From: Candidatus Thalassarchaeum sp.
GTDB lineage: Archaea; Thermoplasmatota; Poseidoniia; Poseidoniales; Thalassarchaeaceae
Length of the DNA: 64,000 bases
Assembly: GCA_016777225.1 (NCBI GenBank)
Contig: JADHRW010000007.1
Coordinates: 5,798-69,797 of the forward strand
Direction of reading: 5' to 3'
The notes under the pieces were generated by a model. That model saw nothing but the letters and a program-made list of their open reading frames with translations, made no database searches and was not told where the DNA came from. Below are positions 7,584 through 16,792 of this stretch, in pieces. How positions within the stretch are numbered: position 1 is the stretch's first letter; each line of letters opens with the position of its first letter. The position numbers were made by a program, and so were the translations under genes.

Positions 7584-9167
7584 ATGAGTACGGCTGTAGT
7601 TTGGTTCCGTAATATTTTGAGACTACATGATACCCTGTTTTGACATGGGCGTCATCTTCTGAAGAAATTGGTTCGATTATTCCGATTTATATTCTAGAGG
7701 AAAAATGGAATGAGGATACTGATCACAGTCCTTCACCTAATAGGAAAAAGTTCCTCTATGAATCGATATTAAACTTAAATCGAAATTTAGAAGAAAAGTA
7801 CCAAACAAATATTCTTGTTTTTTCAGGAAATCCAGTACAGATAATCAATTCGATTTTTGAATATTTAGAACAAGGACATCTTCTATCTGATTATTGCTCG
7901 GAGCCAGAAAAAAATAAGAATGATGGATGAAGTGCAGTCTATACTTCCACTTTCGAGTGTAAAAAACAAGGTTTTTCCCGCCGTAAATACCATTCTCGAC
8001 ATAGAGGAAGTTATTAAAAAAAGAAATTATTTTAATCCTAAGTCGATGAAAGATATTGAAACAATTTTTAATAATAATCTTGACAAGAATCCAGATGGAT
8101 ATCTAGTTGGAGAATCTCTTGCTTGTCCTAAGCAGGTTACTACTGACAATGATATAATCGATTCATTAGTGAATAACAAACTTTTATCTGAATTTCACAT
8201 ACCAATAAAATATTTGGAAAGTGATTTAAGAAAGATTGATTCCGAAATAAAACCTAATATTTCTTATTTTTTAGGTGGTGAAGATGAAGCTTTAAATCGG
8301 CTCAAAAGAAAGGTATCAGAATTACCAAATTTTGTTAATGAATTTAGAAAACCAAAAACAGTTTCGACAAATGATGAGACGGATCCAAGGGAGCCTAGTA
8401 CCACAGGACTATCACCCTACATTAGCAATGGATGTCTTTCTGTCAGACTATTATGGAATGAATGTAAGGTGGCTAATTTCAACTCCACACATACAAAACC
8501 ACCTGAGTCATTGATCGGGCAACTTATGTTCAGAGAAATGTTCTATCTTCTATCTAGAACAGTAAAGAATTGGGATGATGACCAAAATAACTCTAACTGT
8601 AAACCAATAGATTGGGGAGAATATGATATTGATAAAATTTCAGCATGGGAGTCGGGAATGACAGGATTCCCATACATTGATGCAATGATGCGACAACTCG
8701 AATCTACAGGATGGATGCACCACCTAGGTAGACATGCAGTCTCATGTTTCTTAACTCGAGGACAACTATGGCAGAACTGGAAAATCGGAAGAGATATTTT
8801 CGATAGAAAATTAGTTGATGCTGATTGGGCATTGAATAATGGAAATTGGCTTTGGCTGGCTGGAGTAGCCCCCTTCTCTATGCCTTACTATCGGATCTAC
8901 AACCCATGTCCTGATTCAAAATCTAGCCTTAATGTAGAGACTGTTGATGCCGATTTCATACGTCATTGGATCCCAGAACTAGTGTCTTTTCCTTCAAAGT
9001 ACATATTTGAACCTCAATTAGCACCATTAGAAATACAAAAGAAATCTAAGTGCATAATAGGTGAAGACTATCCAAACCCAATTGTGAATAGAAAGGAAAC
9101 TCGTAAAGAAAATCTAATACGATTTAAAGAAAGTAATGCAAATCTGAAAAAAAGTTCAATACAGTGA
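7584..9167 (+). pseudogene. (6-4) photolyase / cryptochrome-family gene interrupted by two 1-nt frameshifts (or sequencing errors)
   Basis: The gene is in three pieces. 7584..7643 encodes MSTAVVWFRNILRLHD; 7631..7930 (shifted frame) encodes PVLTW...NRKKFLYESILNLNRNL; 7920..9167 returns to the first frame and encodes 'GWMHHLGRHAVSCFLTRGQLW', 'DADWALNNGNWLWLAG' and 'YPNPIV'. The shift sites are near 7632-7636 and in the A7 run at 7908-7914. Confidence 0.8.
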
Positions 9168-9207
9168 TTTATTTGTAACGTCACTTGGCATAGATTGAGG
9201 AAGTCCA

Positions 9208-9945
9208 ATGGAGAAGAGTTTCAGTTCAGATAGTTTCAGTTCATTTGCAGCCTCTAGGCACTCAACAAGAGACTTTTTACCAACCCCAGTTGATGATGAA
9301 TTGATAGAGCAAATTATTTCAGATGGACTAACATCTCCGAGTTGGAGTAATACAAGACCAATTGTTATTGCAGTTGCCAAAGGAGATGTGCGCGATAGAT
9401 TATCTGTGGAATTTCTATCTAGATGGAATGCCATAAAGGATGTGCGTGGAGGAGGAATTCTGACAAAAATAAAGGCAGTCTTGAGGCGTCATGGACTCCC
9501 AACCAGTAATTGGATAGTGACAAGATCTCCTCCTAAAGACCTAATGCCTAGATCGAAAAAACAGGGGAAGGAATTATATTCATATGTTGAAATTGATAGA
9601 GATGATAAAAAAGCTCGTGATGGAGCATGGGCTAGAAATTATGAATTCTTTGGAGCACCTGTAGAATTGTTTGTATTTACTCACAAATCTTTGGGTAAAT
9701 TTGCTGCTTCAGATGCAGGACTCTTCATGCAAAATCTAATTCTATCTGCTCACTCTAAAGGACTTGGAACATGTCCACAAGGTGCTGTGGCTATCTGGGA
9801 AGATGCCGTCCGTAAGGAATTTGATATTGATAAAAAATACTCATTACTATGTGGTATCTGTTTGGGATATCCAAGTAATGAGAAGATTAATTCCTTTGAA
9901 GCGCATCGTTTATCACCGTCTGAAATTATGGCTCAAGAAAAATAA
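9208..9945 (+). CDS. Nitroreductase-family (FMN-dependent) oxidoreductase
   Basis: 'AASRHSTRDFLPTPV' is the typical nitroreductase N-terminal motif. At 245 aa the length fits. Confidence 0.75.
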   Translation: MEKSFSSDSFSSFAASRHSTRDFLPTPVDDELIEQIISDGLTSPSWSNTRPIVIAVAKGDVRDRLSVEFLSRWNAIKDVRGGGILTKIKAVLRRHGLPTSNWIVTRSPPKDLMPRSKKQGKELYSYVEIDRDDKKARDGAWARNYEFFGAPVELFVFTHKSLGKFAASDAGLFMQNLILSAHSKGLGTCPQGAVAIWEDAVRKEFDIDKKYSLLCGICLGYPSNEKINSFEAHRLSPSEIMAQEK

Positions 9946-10034
9946 CAAAGAAATCTCCAGAAAAAAATGACAGATTGGCGTAAAAAGCAATTTTTGACCC
10001 CCTGAGTTATAGATGGACCCCGTCTCGGACGACT

Positions 10035-11789
10035 ATGTCACTAGCCCCAATAGATTATAATTTTGGAAATGAAAAGAACTTTGCATTCGCAAAATCGATA
10101 ACTTGTGGTAATGAAGAAGCGCGTAAAATGTTCGTACGCGCTTTCGGCCACATGCTAAATTACAACCATGAAGAAGCAATTGCATGTTTCAGTAAATGTG
10201 CTGAACTAGACCCTAACTGCGCTATGGCATATTGGGGAATCGCATATTGTGTATCATCTAACTACAACTGGAGTCCTGGTCTAGGTTCAGGTCACGATTA
10301 CATTCAAACAGCAATTACTCTGAAAGATGGTTGTTCAGAATTAGAAAAAGATCTCATTGATGCACTAGCAGAACGCCACTCTGCAGAAGCACGTGATGCA
10401 GCAGATCCATCCGTCCTTAACATGGGTAACAGTCCAGAACTAAATGTTGCATTCGCGGAAGCAATGGCACCTCTTTATGTGAAATATGAAGGTAATTTGG
10501 ATGTTGCTGCAATTTATGTAGAGTCTTTAATGAATCTAAAAGCGTGGCAATTATGGGAAAAGAATACGACTACAGGGGAAATTACTCCTGCTGATGACAA
10601 TACATTACTTCTAGTTAAGATATTAGAAGATGCTTTCGATAGTGGTGAAGAAGCTAAAGTTCACCCTGCTCTATGCCACCTATACTGCCACGCACTAGAA
10701 TTATCACCTTTCCCTGAGAGAGCACTTCCTGCAGCAGATGTACTGCGCACACTAATGCCGGGATTGGGACACTTAGTTCACATGCCATCACACATTGATG
10801 CTTGGGTCGGACAGTGGAAAGAAGCTATGGACTGCAATATTGCTGCTGTAGAGGCAGATGACCGATATGTCGAGATTAGTGGAAATGAATCACAATTCTA
10901 CAAGTTTTATAGAATGCATAATCATCACTTTGTTGTTTGGTGTGCAATGTTTGAAGGACAATATGAAACTGCACTAAAGTATGCACGTAAAGCAGTAAGT
11001 ACACTTCCTGCAGGAGATGCAGAATCTGGTGTACAATTCATGCTAGCAGGAATCATACCTATGGGGGCAATTTTCCTAGAATCATACGTTACAATGCCAT
11101 GGCATGTAATGATTAGATTCGGCAAGTGGGATGAGATACTAAACGAACCACTACATACAGACAGTGATGTATTCCCAGCGGCAATCGCTACACAACATTA
11201 TGCTAGAGGAGTTGCTTATGCATCTAAAGGAATGGTTTCTGAAGCAGAAGCAGAACAAGTTCTATTCAAAGAAGCATTACAAAATCCTGCTCTTGCAGGA
11301 AGAGTACTTCACAACAACCTGATGTATCAAGATCCAAGTGATGGACCTTGTATTCTTTTGGTAAATGATGCTGTTCTCGATGGAGAAATAGAATACCGAA
11401 GACAATTCCAAGCTAAAGCAAGAGGAGAGTCTGCTGACTTTACAGATGCCTTTGATCACCTACGCAGAGGAGTTGATCTTTCACTGAACCTTGCATACAA
11501 CGAACCTTGGGGACAAATGCAACCAGTACGACATATTCTTGGTGCTTTACTCCATGAACAAGGAGAAATTGAAGAAGCAGAAGCAGTTTATCGTGCTGAT
11601 ATCAAACTATGGAAAGACAACATGTGGGGATTATTGGGCCTCAAACTATGTCTAGAAGATCGTGGAGATGCTCCTGAAGAACTTGCTGAAGTTACAGCCT
11701 TGTTCGAAAAGCGTAGTGCACGTGCAGATATCATGCCAGCAAAAACATGTTTCTGTGCTCAAGATAGCATTGACGAAAGTTGCTGCTAA
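10035..11789 (+). CDS. TPR-like helical-repeat protein of unknown function
   Basis: 584-aa ORF with helical-repeat character ('AMAYWGIAYC', 'HMPSHIDAW'). The C-terminus is Cys-rich: 'CFCAQDSIDESCC'. Confidence 0.5.
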   Translation: MSLAPIDYNFGNEKNFAFAKSITCGNEEARKMFVRAFGHMLNYNHEEAIACFSKCAELDPNCAMAYWGIAYCVSSNYNWSPGLGSGHDYIQTAITLKDGCSELEKDLIDALAERHSAEARDAADPSVLNMGNSPELNVAFAEAMAPLYVKYEGNLDVAAIYVESLMNLKAWQLWEKNTTTGEITPADDNTLLLVKILEDAFDSGEEAKVHPALCHLYCHALELSPFPERALPAADVLRTLMPGLGHLVHMPSHIDAWVGQWKEAMDCNIAAVEADDRYVEISGNESQFYKFYRMHNHHFVVWCAMFEGQYETALKYARKAVSTLPAGDAESGVQFMLAGIIPMGAIFLESYVTMPWHVMIRFGKWDEILNEPLHTDSDVFPAAIATQHYARGVAYASKGMVSEAEAEQVLFKEALQNPALAGRVLHNNLMYQDPSDGPCILLVNDAVLDGEIEYRRQFQAKARGESADFTDAFDHLRRGVDLSLNLAYNEPWGQMQPVRHILGALLHEQGEIEEAEAVYRADIKLWKDNMWGLLGLKLCLEDRGDAPEELAEVTALFEKRSARADIMPAKTCFCAQDSIDESCC

Positions 11790-11872
11790 TTATTGTGAAT
11801 CTATTATTTACAACAAATATTAGATAATAATCTGCACTTAACTTCATATCAGCCTCGGCCACAGAGTAATCT

Positions 11873-12961
11873 ATGCGTGTCATAGCACCAATGATGATTT
11901 TGATAATGGTTACCTCTACTCTTGCGGGTTGTACTGGAGGAGACTCTGATTCTGGATCCAACGATGAAATAACTTCAGAAGTTATTCAAAATTTACTAGA
12001 AAGTGATTTCCAAGATATTCTACAATCTAATGAACCTAAATGGATAAATGATGTTGGAGATTATGAAGAATTATGGAATATATCGCTATCAGAAAATCAA
12101 TGGTTTGAATTGAAATCTAATTTAATATTCGTAACAAGTGGTAATAATGAATATATTACTAGCGGATCTATTAGAATGGAGGGGAATTATAAAATAAATA
12201 ATGACTATTATGCTCCTATTTTTGGTGGTAACTATTCACTATGTTGGGATGAATGTCAGGATGGAGATGGACCAAATAGTGGAGAAATAACGGGATGGAG
12301 TGTTATTTACAGAATACATAATGTTACGGGTATAAATTATGTAGATAGAAATGAGTCATCAACGATACCATTAACAATAGTAAACACAAATATTAGTATG
12401 GAAATATCTTACGTCCCTAGTGGAATGACTGAAAGTGATAGAACTACTGGTATTGTAGTGATTGAGTTGTATACTAAAGACGCACCCAATCACGTAGATA
12501 GTTACTTATCACATATTGAGAATGGTGATTATAATTCAACAATTTTTCATAGAATAATTGATAATTTTATGATACAAGGTGGAGATATTGAAGGATTAAA
12601 TGGTTATGGAGGTTATGCAGCAAATTGGTATGGGTATTGTAATGGACAACAAGCATCAGAAGAAGATTGTAGCAATGTTGACTGGACTTTACCTGATGAG
12701 GCAAATAACGGTCTAACTCATACTCCAGGCGCTCTATCAATGGCTAAAACATCAGCCGCTAATACTGGTGGCAGCCAATTCTTCATTGTCCCGAGCGATA
12801 GCAGTCCAAGTCACCTTGATGGAGTTCATACAGTCTTTGGTTATGTTACAAGTGGGCTAGATCATATAGACATGATTAGTGAAGTAGAAACAAGTTCTAA
12901 TGATAGACCCTTATATGATGTGACTATTATTAACATTACAATCGATAATCTTGATAACTAA
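11873..12961 (+). CDS. Lipoprotein with C-terminal cyclophilin-type peptidyl-prolyl cis-trans isomerase domain
   Basis: Lipobox 'TLAGC'. Cyclophilin motifs 'FHRIIDNFMIQGGD' and 'GALSMAKTSAANTGGSQFFI' are present. The N-terminal ~190 aa are unassigned. Confidence 0.8.
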   Translation: MRVIAPMMILIMVTSTLAGCTGGDSDSGSNDEITSEVIQNLLESDFQDILQSNEPKWINDVGDYEELWNISLSENQWFELKSNLIFVTSGNNEYITSGSIRMEGNYKINNDYYAPIFGGNYSLCWDECQDGDGPNSGEITGWSVIYRIHNVTGINYVDRNESSTIPLTIVNTNISMEISYVPSGMTESDRTTGIVVIELYTKDAPNHVDSYLSHIENGDYNSTIFHRIIDNFMIQGGDIEGLNGYGGYAANWYGYCNGQQASEEDCSNVDWTLPDEANNGLTHTPGALSMAKTSAANTGGSQFFIVPSDSSPSHLDGVHTVFGYVTSGLDHIDMISEVETSSNDRPLYDVTIINITIDNLDN

Positions 12962-12981
12962 TACTAAATGGCGGACATTAA

Positions 12982-13641
12982 ATGCGGAAAATTGCTAAAA
13001 TCATATTCTCCCTAGGTGCTTTATTAACTATAGCAAGTATAGTAGGAATAGTGATTTCAGGAACCAGTCTGAATATGGAACCTGAAAGTGAAGATTGGTC
13101 GGGAGAACTCATATTGAAAGATCAGGCTCCTATGACTTTTGGACATCAACTTGAATGGAGTTCGATTTACAATGTATTCGTTGAGGATGGAAAGGAGGTT
13201 AATGTCGAGGTCGAAAGTCTAACAAATGTAGATGGGGCATACTTTGAATCTTGTGAAATATACAATGATTGTGATTATTATGATAAAGATGGCTACATAG
13301 AAGGATTCCAATACATTGGAGAAATTTTTGTAGATGATTCTGGATATTATGATATTCGTTTTACCGTAGTTGATGGTGATGACCAAGATACTGACCCATA
13401 TGTCATGATTAGAGAGGAAAAAATAGGTGGGATATTTGGTATAATAGGAGGTTTTGTTGGTTGTTGCGTTGGGATTATGGTCTTATCAATAGGAATTATT
13501 CTGTCATTTATTAAGAAAGATAAAACAGAATTAAGACCTAAACAAATAATTATAGTAGGTAGAGAGGAATCGAAAGTTGTTCCTGAATTAATTAATGCGG
13601 ATGAAGGAACAAAACTTGAATGGTGGGAAGATGGTAGTTGA
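12982..13641 (+). CDS. Hypothetical membrane protein (N- and C-proximal helices, acidic ectodomain)
   Basis: 219-aa ORF with two hydrophobic segments and no recognised motif. Confidence 0.45.
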   Translation: MRKIAKIIFSLGALLTIASIVGIVISGTSLNMEPESEDWSGELILKDQAPMTFGHQLEWSSIYNVFVEDGKEVNVEVESLTNVDGAYFESCEIYNDCDYYDKDGYIEGFQYIGEIFVDDSGYYDIRFTVVDGDDQDTDPYVMIREEKIGGIFGIIGGFVGCCVGIMVLSIGIILSFIKKDKTELRPKQIIIVGREESKVVPELINADEGTKLEWWEDGS

Positions 13642-14284
13642 AGAATTTCTTGAATCCAGATTAGTTAATACTAGATCTATTCACATTCTTGGTGCTGGTC
13701 TTAACAAAGAAAGGACTGCTCATACGGCAGTTAGTGAATTAGCTACAAGAGGATGGAGGGTAGTTCCAATTCATCCTAGAGATTCGGGGGCAACAATATC
13801 TGGTATACCAATTAGAAATGAAATTGAAGATGATGTTGAATTAGAGCTGGTTGTTTTATTCTTGGCACCAGAACGGGCTCGGAATGCCGTTAGGAAATTA
13901 CTACTGAAAAACTTGGATAACCCACCATTAGTTTGGTTTCAACCAGGAGCAGAGGATGATACTGCAATCAATTGGCTGAAGGATGCTGGTTGGCAAACTG
14001 TTTATGATGACTGTATAGTAAAATATGCTGAAAGAAAGGAACTGAATCGTATACCATCTCTTGTCCCATGGTTCCGTCAGATACAAGATGCTGATGACTC
14101 AGGATGTTCAATCTGGTCAGTCCATGAAGTAGAAGAAGACGCAAACTTACCTGTGAGTGAATTAGAATGGATTGGAGATTTAATAGATCTTCAGTTATCT
14201 AATCAGATAATCCCCAAATATATTCGTGGCTTGAAAGAAAATAACGAAACAATAGAAGACTGTGCTAGAAGATTGGCAAATTAA
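13631..14284 (+). CDS. CoA-binding-domain protein (YccU/CoA_binding_2-like) with unassigned C-terminal extension
   Basis: 'IHILGAGLNKERTAHTAVSELATRGWRVVPIHPR' matches the CoA-binding Rossmann-like domain. I chose the ATG at 13631 over the ORF-track start at 13595 to minimise overlap. Confidence 0.6.
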   Translation: MVVEEFLESRLVNTRSIHILGAGLNKERTAHTAVSELATRGWRVVPIHPRDSGATISGIPIRNEIEDDVELELVVLFLAPERARNAVRKLLLKNLDNPPLVWFQPGAEDDTAINWLKDAGWQTVYDDCIVKYAERKELNRIPSLVPWFRQIQDADDSGCSIWSVHEVEEDANLPVSELEWIGDLIDLQLSNQIIPKYIRGLKENNETIEDCARRLAN

Positions 14285-14301
14285 AAATTAATATCGGAAA
14301 G

Positions 14302-14667
14302 TTATTTTTCATCATCAATCCACCATTTATCATTGGTCTGAGATTCAGTAACTAAAGGTTGAATTGCTTCATTAGAATTTTGTTGTGTTAGCAAATCTGT
14401 CTCATCTACAGAAAGTTTGCCGTCCCCATCTAAATCTGCCCATTCTTTATCGGAAATCTCACCATCACCGTCTTTATCTAAATTAACTCTCTTTCCAAGT
14501 TTTGAAGCTTTGGAACCGAGAAGAAGAAAAACCACAATGATCAAAATACAAGAAAATGTGGCAGAATCCTCACTCATTCCTGTTGTATCTACAATAATAG
14601 CAACAATAATCACAAAAATAATGTATATTATTAATTCAAAAATTAAGTCAAAACAAACCTCAGACAT
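14302..14667 (-). CDS. Small two-helix membrane protein with two canonical DxDxDG calcium-binding loops
   Basis: Two N-terminal hydrophobic helices are followed by 'DKDGDGEISDKE' and 'DLDGDGKLSVDE'. Both loops fit the 12-residue EF-hand consensus. Confidence 0.5.
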   Translation of the reverse strand: MSEVCFDLIFELIIYIIFVIIVAIIVDTTGMSEDSATFSCILIIVVFLLLGSKASKLGKRVNLDKDGDGEISDKEWADLDGDGKLSVDETDLLTQQNSNEAIQPLVTESQTNDKWWIDDEK

Positions 14668-14719
14668 TACTAACGCATGTCAGTAAAGGACAGTTAATAT
14701 CAGTATTACTACGGATTTG

Positions 14720-14773
14720 AAAAAAAAAATCAAAATTTGACTAAAAAAAATCAATAATCACAGGACTGTGATT
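14720..14773 (-). terminator. Hairpin plus oligo-T terminator downstream of the 56-aa ORF
   Basis: On the minus strand, AATCACAG-TC-CTGTGATT (8-bp stem, 14756..14773) overlaps the stop codon. T8 (14743..14750) and T10 (14720..14729) follow. Archaeal RNA polymerase terminates at oligo-T. Confidence 0.45.
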
Positions 14774-14942
14774 AATTCTCAAGCCATGCTTCAATTTCTT
14801 TAGTAGCTAAGATTAATGTTGGAGCCCAAAGACCCACAAATATACCTAACATTTGGTCATCAACACTGAAGTAAAGATACAAAGATCCTACTACTGATGC
14901 CATACTTGCTATTAATCCAACTTTTGCTAATTGTCCGCTCAT
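14772..14942 (-). CDS. Candidate 56-aa small membrane protein (below the ORF-track cutoff)
   Basis: My translation is MSGQLAKVGLIASMASVVGSLYLYFSVDDQMLGIFVGLWAPTLILATKEIEAWLEN. It has two hydrophobic segments and is followed by a terminator-like structure. Confidence 0.35.
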   Translation of the reverse strand: MSGQLAKVGLIASMASVVGSLYLYFSVDDQMLGIFVGLWAPTLILATKEIEAWLEN

Positions 14943-15134
14943 TATTTGTTCACCATACTTACCCAGTGAGATTCCACTATTGAACGTGGTGTTTTTCTAG
15001 ATTTAAAAATTAATTGAATAACTTGAGATTTTTTTTTTAATAAAATATAAGTATATAATTTAATATGAATACCCTGAATTGTAATGACTAAAGACTCGAA
15101 ATTAATCGAAAGTCTATGTTTAGTGAATTAGGAT

Positions 15135-15971
15135 TCACTCATCTTTATCTTCAAGCCAACCTTTAGACTCTGTATAATCGCTAAGAGATTCTAAGCGCTG
15201 GAATAATTTATTACCAGCCCCACCTTCTCCTTTTTGTGCTCGAGCATTCCAAACACCACCGAATAAAAACTCCCATATTCCAAAGGACTGTTGATGGAAT
15301 TTTTTGAATAACCAATCACCAGGAATTAGTAAGAAAATTATAACTAAAGTTGCTACAACACCAATCATTCCATTCGTCCATTCTGTTGATGCAGAAATTA
15401 ATAGCATGAAAGCACCAAAACCTGCAAGGTATGAAACTACAGGTGAACTCTTCAATATATGGAATAGGAATGGGGGATTATTACCACGAGAGTTGACATA
15501 TCGTGTTGTTGTAATCCACTGACCGACAGTCCTTCCTGTTTTCAGAGGCATAAATATTAGGTTACCAATAGGTAGAAGTAGACTTACAATTAGTATGTAT
15601 GTCAAATCAGAAGCACCGCCTGCGACAATATTAGTCGCAAGGTAAAAAGTAAACATAGAGAAATTAACTCCTAAGTCAACTAATGAACGGAACCATGATC
15701 TAGCCTTGTTAACCTCGTCAAAACCTTCGGGAAATTCTTTGAGAACTCTTTCTTTCCTAACCCTAGGTTTCTTTGCAGCTTTCGGAGCCTTGGCTGCTTT
15801 AACTTTCTTTGCTTTTTTAGCTTTCTTTGAAGGTTTCGCAACTACTGCGGCTTGAGCAACTGCAGCGTCAAATGCTTTGACTTCAGCCTCAGCAACTTTT
15901 TTGTCCTTAGCTGGTTCTTTCTCATTTGTTTGGATATTTCCTGCTTTTTCTAATAGTCCCATAAATATCAT
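15135..15971 (-). CDS. RDD-like polytopic membrane protein with Lys/Ala-rich (histone-H1-like) N-terminal tail
   Basis: N-terminal 'KPSKKAKKAKKVKAAKAPKAAKKPRVRK', then 4-5 helices including 'TGRTVGQWITTTRYVN' (RDD-family-like). Its start overlaps the stop of the upstream gene (ATGA). Confidence 0.55.
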   Translation of the reverse strand: MIFMGLLEKAGNIQTNEKEPAKDKKVAEAEVKAFDAAVAQAAVVAKPSKKAKKAKKVKAAKAPKAAKKPRVRKERVLKEFPEGFDEVNKARSWFRSLVDLGVNFSMFTFYLATNIVAGGASDLTYILIVSLLLPIGNLIFMPLKTGRTVGQWITTTRYVNSRGNNPPFLFHILKSSPVVSYLAGFGAFMLLISASTEWTNGMIGVVATLVIIFLLIPGDWLFKKFHQQSFGIWEFLFGGVWNARAQKGEGGAGNKLFQRLESLSDYTESKGWLEDKDE

Positions 15972-16756
15972 TCTCCGTATAGTTCACCCATCTTAGTAAA
16001 AATTGTAAAGTCTGGTGAATTAATAAATTCATTTACCTTATCGTCTGGTAAATCACCTAGAACATCATTAATCATATTGAAGAATTCAGCCCTATCTTCA
16101 TTACCTACAGATGAAGGATCAGCTCCCACAGTCTCAAACAAAGCAAAAGAATCTGATGCTATGAAATTATTCACAAATGCATCATCCATATTGCCTAGTA
16201 ATGTATTGACTACATTGAAAAATGCAGGGAATTCATCGTTATCATCTACGGATGGACTTACTTCACCTTCTTCTTCAGATTCCAAATATTCTTCACTTGG
16301 AGCCTGTATTAACTCAACTGTTGGCTTAATGGCTCTCATTTCTTGTTGTTGTTTCTTTCTTAGAACAATAATTTCTCTATCTAATTCTGAACCAAAACGA
16401 TTAGAGAAACGATCTAGTAATGTGCCGACCTCGCCAGTCGCAATACGATCGATGTGACCGTACATGCTGTCTCTACTACCTACTGAAAGATTCGGATCAG
16501 ATGCTTTTCGTCTTTCCCAATGAGATTTGAAATCTGTTACTTGAACCGTTTCTTCGTTCTGGAAACTTAATTCATCTACTTCATCTTCCTCAATCATAAC
16601 TTCCTCTAGTTCCATCTCTAGAGGTGGTGGTGGTGGTGGTGGAAGAGGTAAAGAAATACCTGGAGGGAGTGGAGGCAACGGCATTCCTTGCGGATTATCC
16701 TGAGTGTTCTCGTCCTCGCCCATAGTACTCACTAGTATCCTTCCGTACCCAATCAC
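15968..16756 (-). CDS. Acidic protein with polyproline tract and a C-terminal internal duplication; unknown function
   Basis: 'PLPPLPPGISLPLPPPPPPPLE' is followed by an acidic region and two ~33-aa repeats (FFNVVNTLLGNMDDAFVNNFIASDSFALFETVG / FFNMINDVLGDLPDDKVNEFINSPDFTIFTKMG). The likely start is the internal M12. Confidence 0.5.
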   Translation of the reverse strand: MIGYGRILVSTMGEDENTQDNPQGMPLPPLPPGISLPLPPPPPPPLEMELEEVMIEEDEVDELSFQNEETVQVTDFKSHWERRKASDPNLSVGSRDSMYGHIDRIATGEVGTLLDRFSNRFGSELDREIIVLRKKQQQEMRAIKPTVELIQAPSEEYLESEEEGEVSPSVDDNDEFPAFFNVVNTLLGNMDDAFVNNFIASDSFALFETVGADPSSVGNEDRAEFFNMINDVLGDLPDDKVNEFINSPDFTIFTKMGELYGE

Positions 16757-16792
16757 TCTTCAACATATTGTGATTCAGTGTTCAAAATATGT

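Noticed and set aside
9156-9434. 92-aa minus-strand ORF spanning the photolyase end and the nitroreductase start.
   Set aside because: It is antisense to the well-supported nitroreductase N-terminus (RHSTRDF motif). It has no motif and no signals of its own.
7513-11789. The C-terminal -CC endings of the NikR-like protein (..EDGCC) and the TPR-like protein (..DESCC) as Rab-like prenylation signals, given the nearby GGPP synthase.
   Set aside because: Protein geranylgeranyltransferases are not known in archaea and none is visible here. Terminal Cys pairs are more simply explained as metal ligands or coincidence.
10035-11789. Horizontal transfer of the TPR-like gene, judged from its apparently higher GC and C-ending codons.
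   Set aside because: I cannot compute GC3 or codon statistics here. Highly expressed native genes in the window (EF-2, r-proteins) look similarly GC-enriched, so the signal is not decisive.
14943-15134. A possible replication origin in this 190-nt AT-rich spacer with T10/A-runs, located 1.7 kb from priS.
   Set aside because: I could find no repeated ORB or mini-ORB-like elements, and no orc1/cdc6 gene adjoins it. The AT-richness is explained by a promoter and terminator for the flanking small genes.
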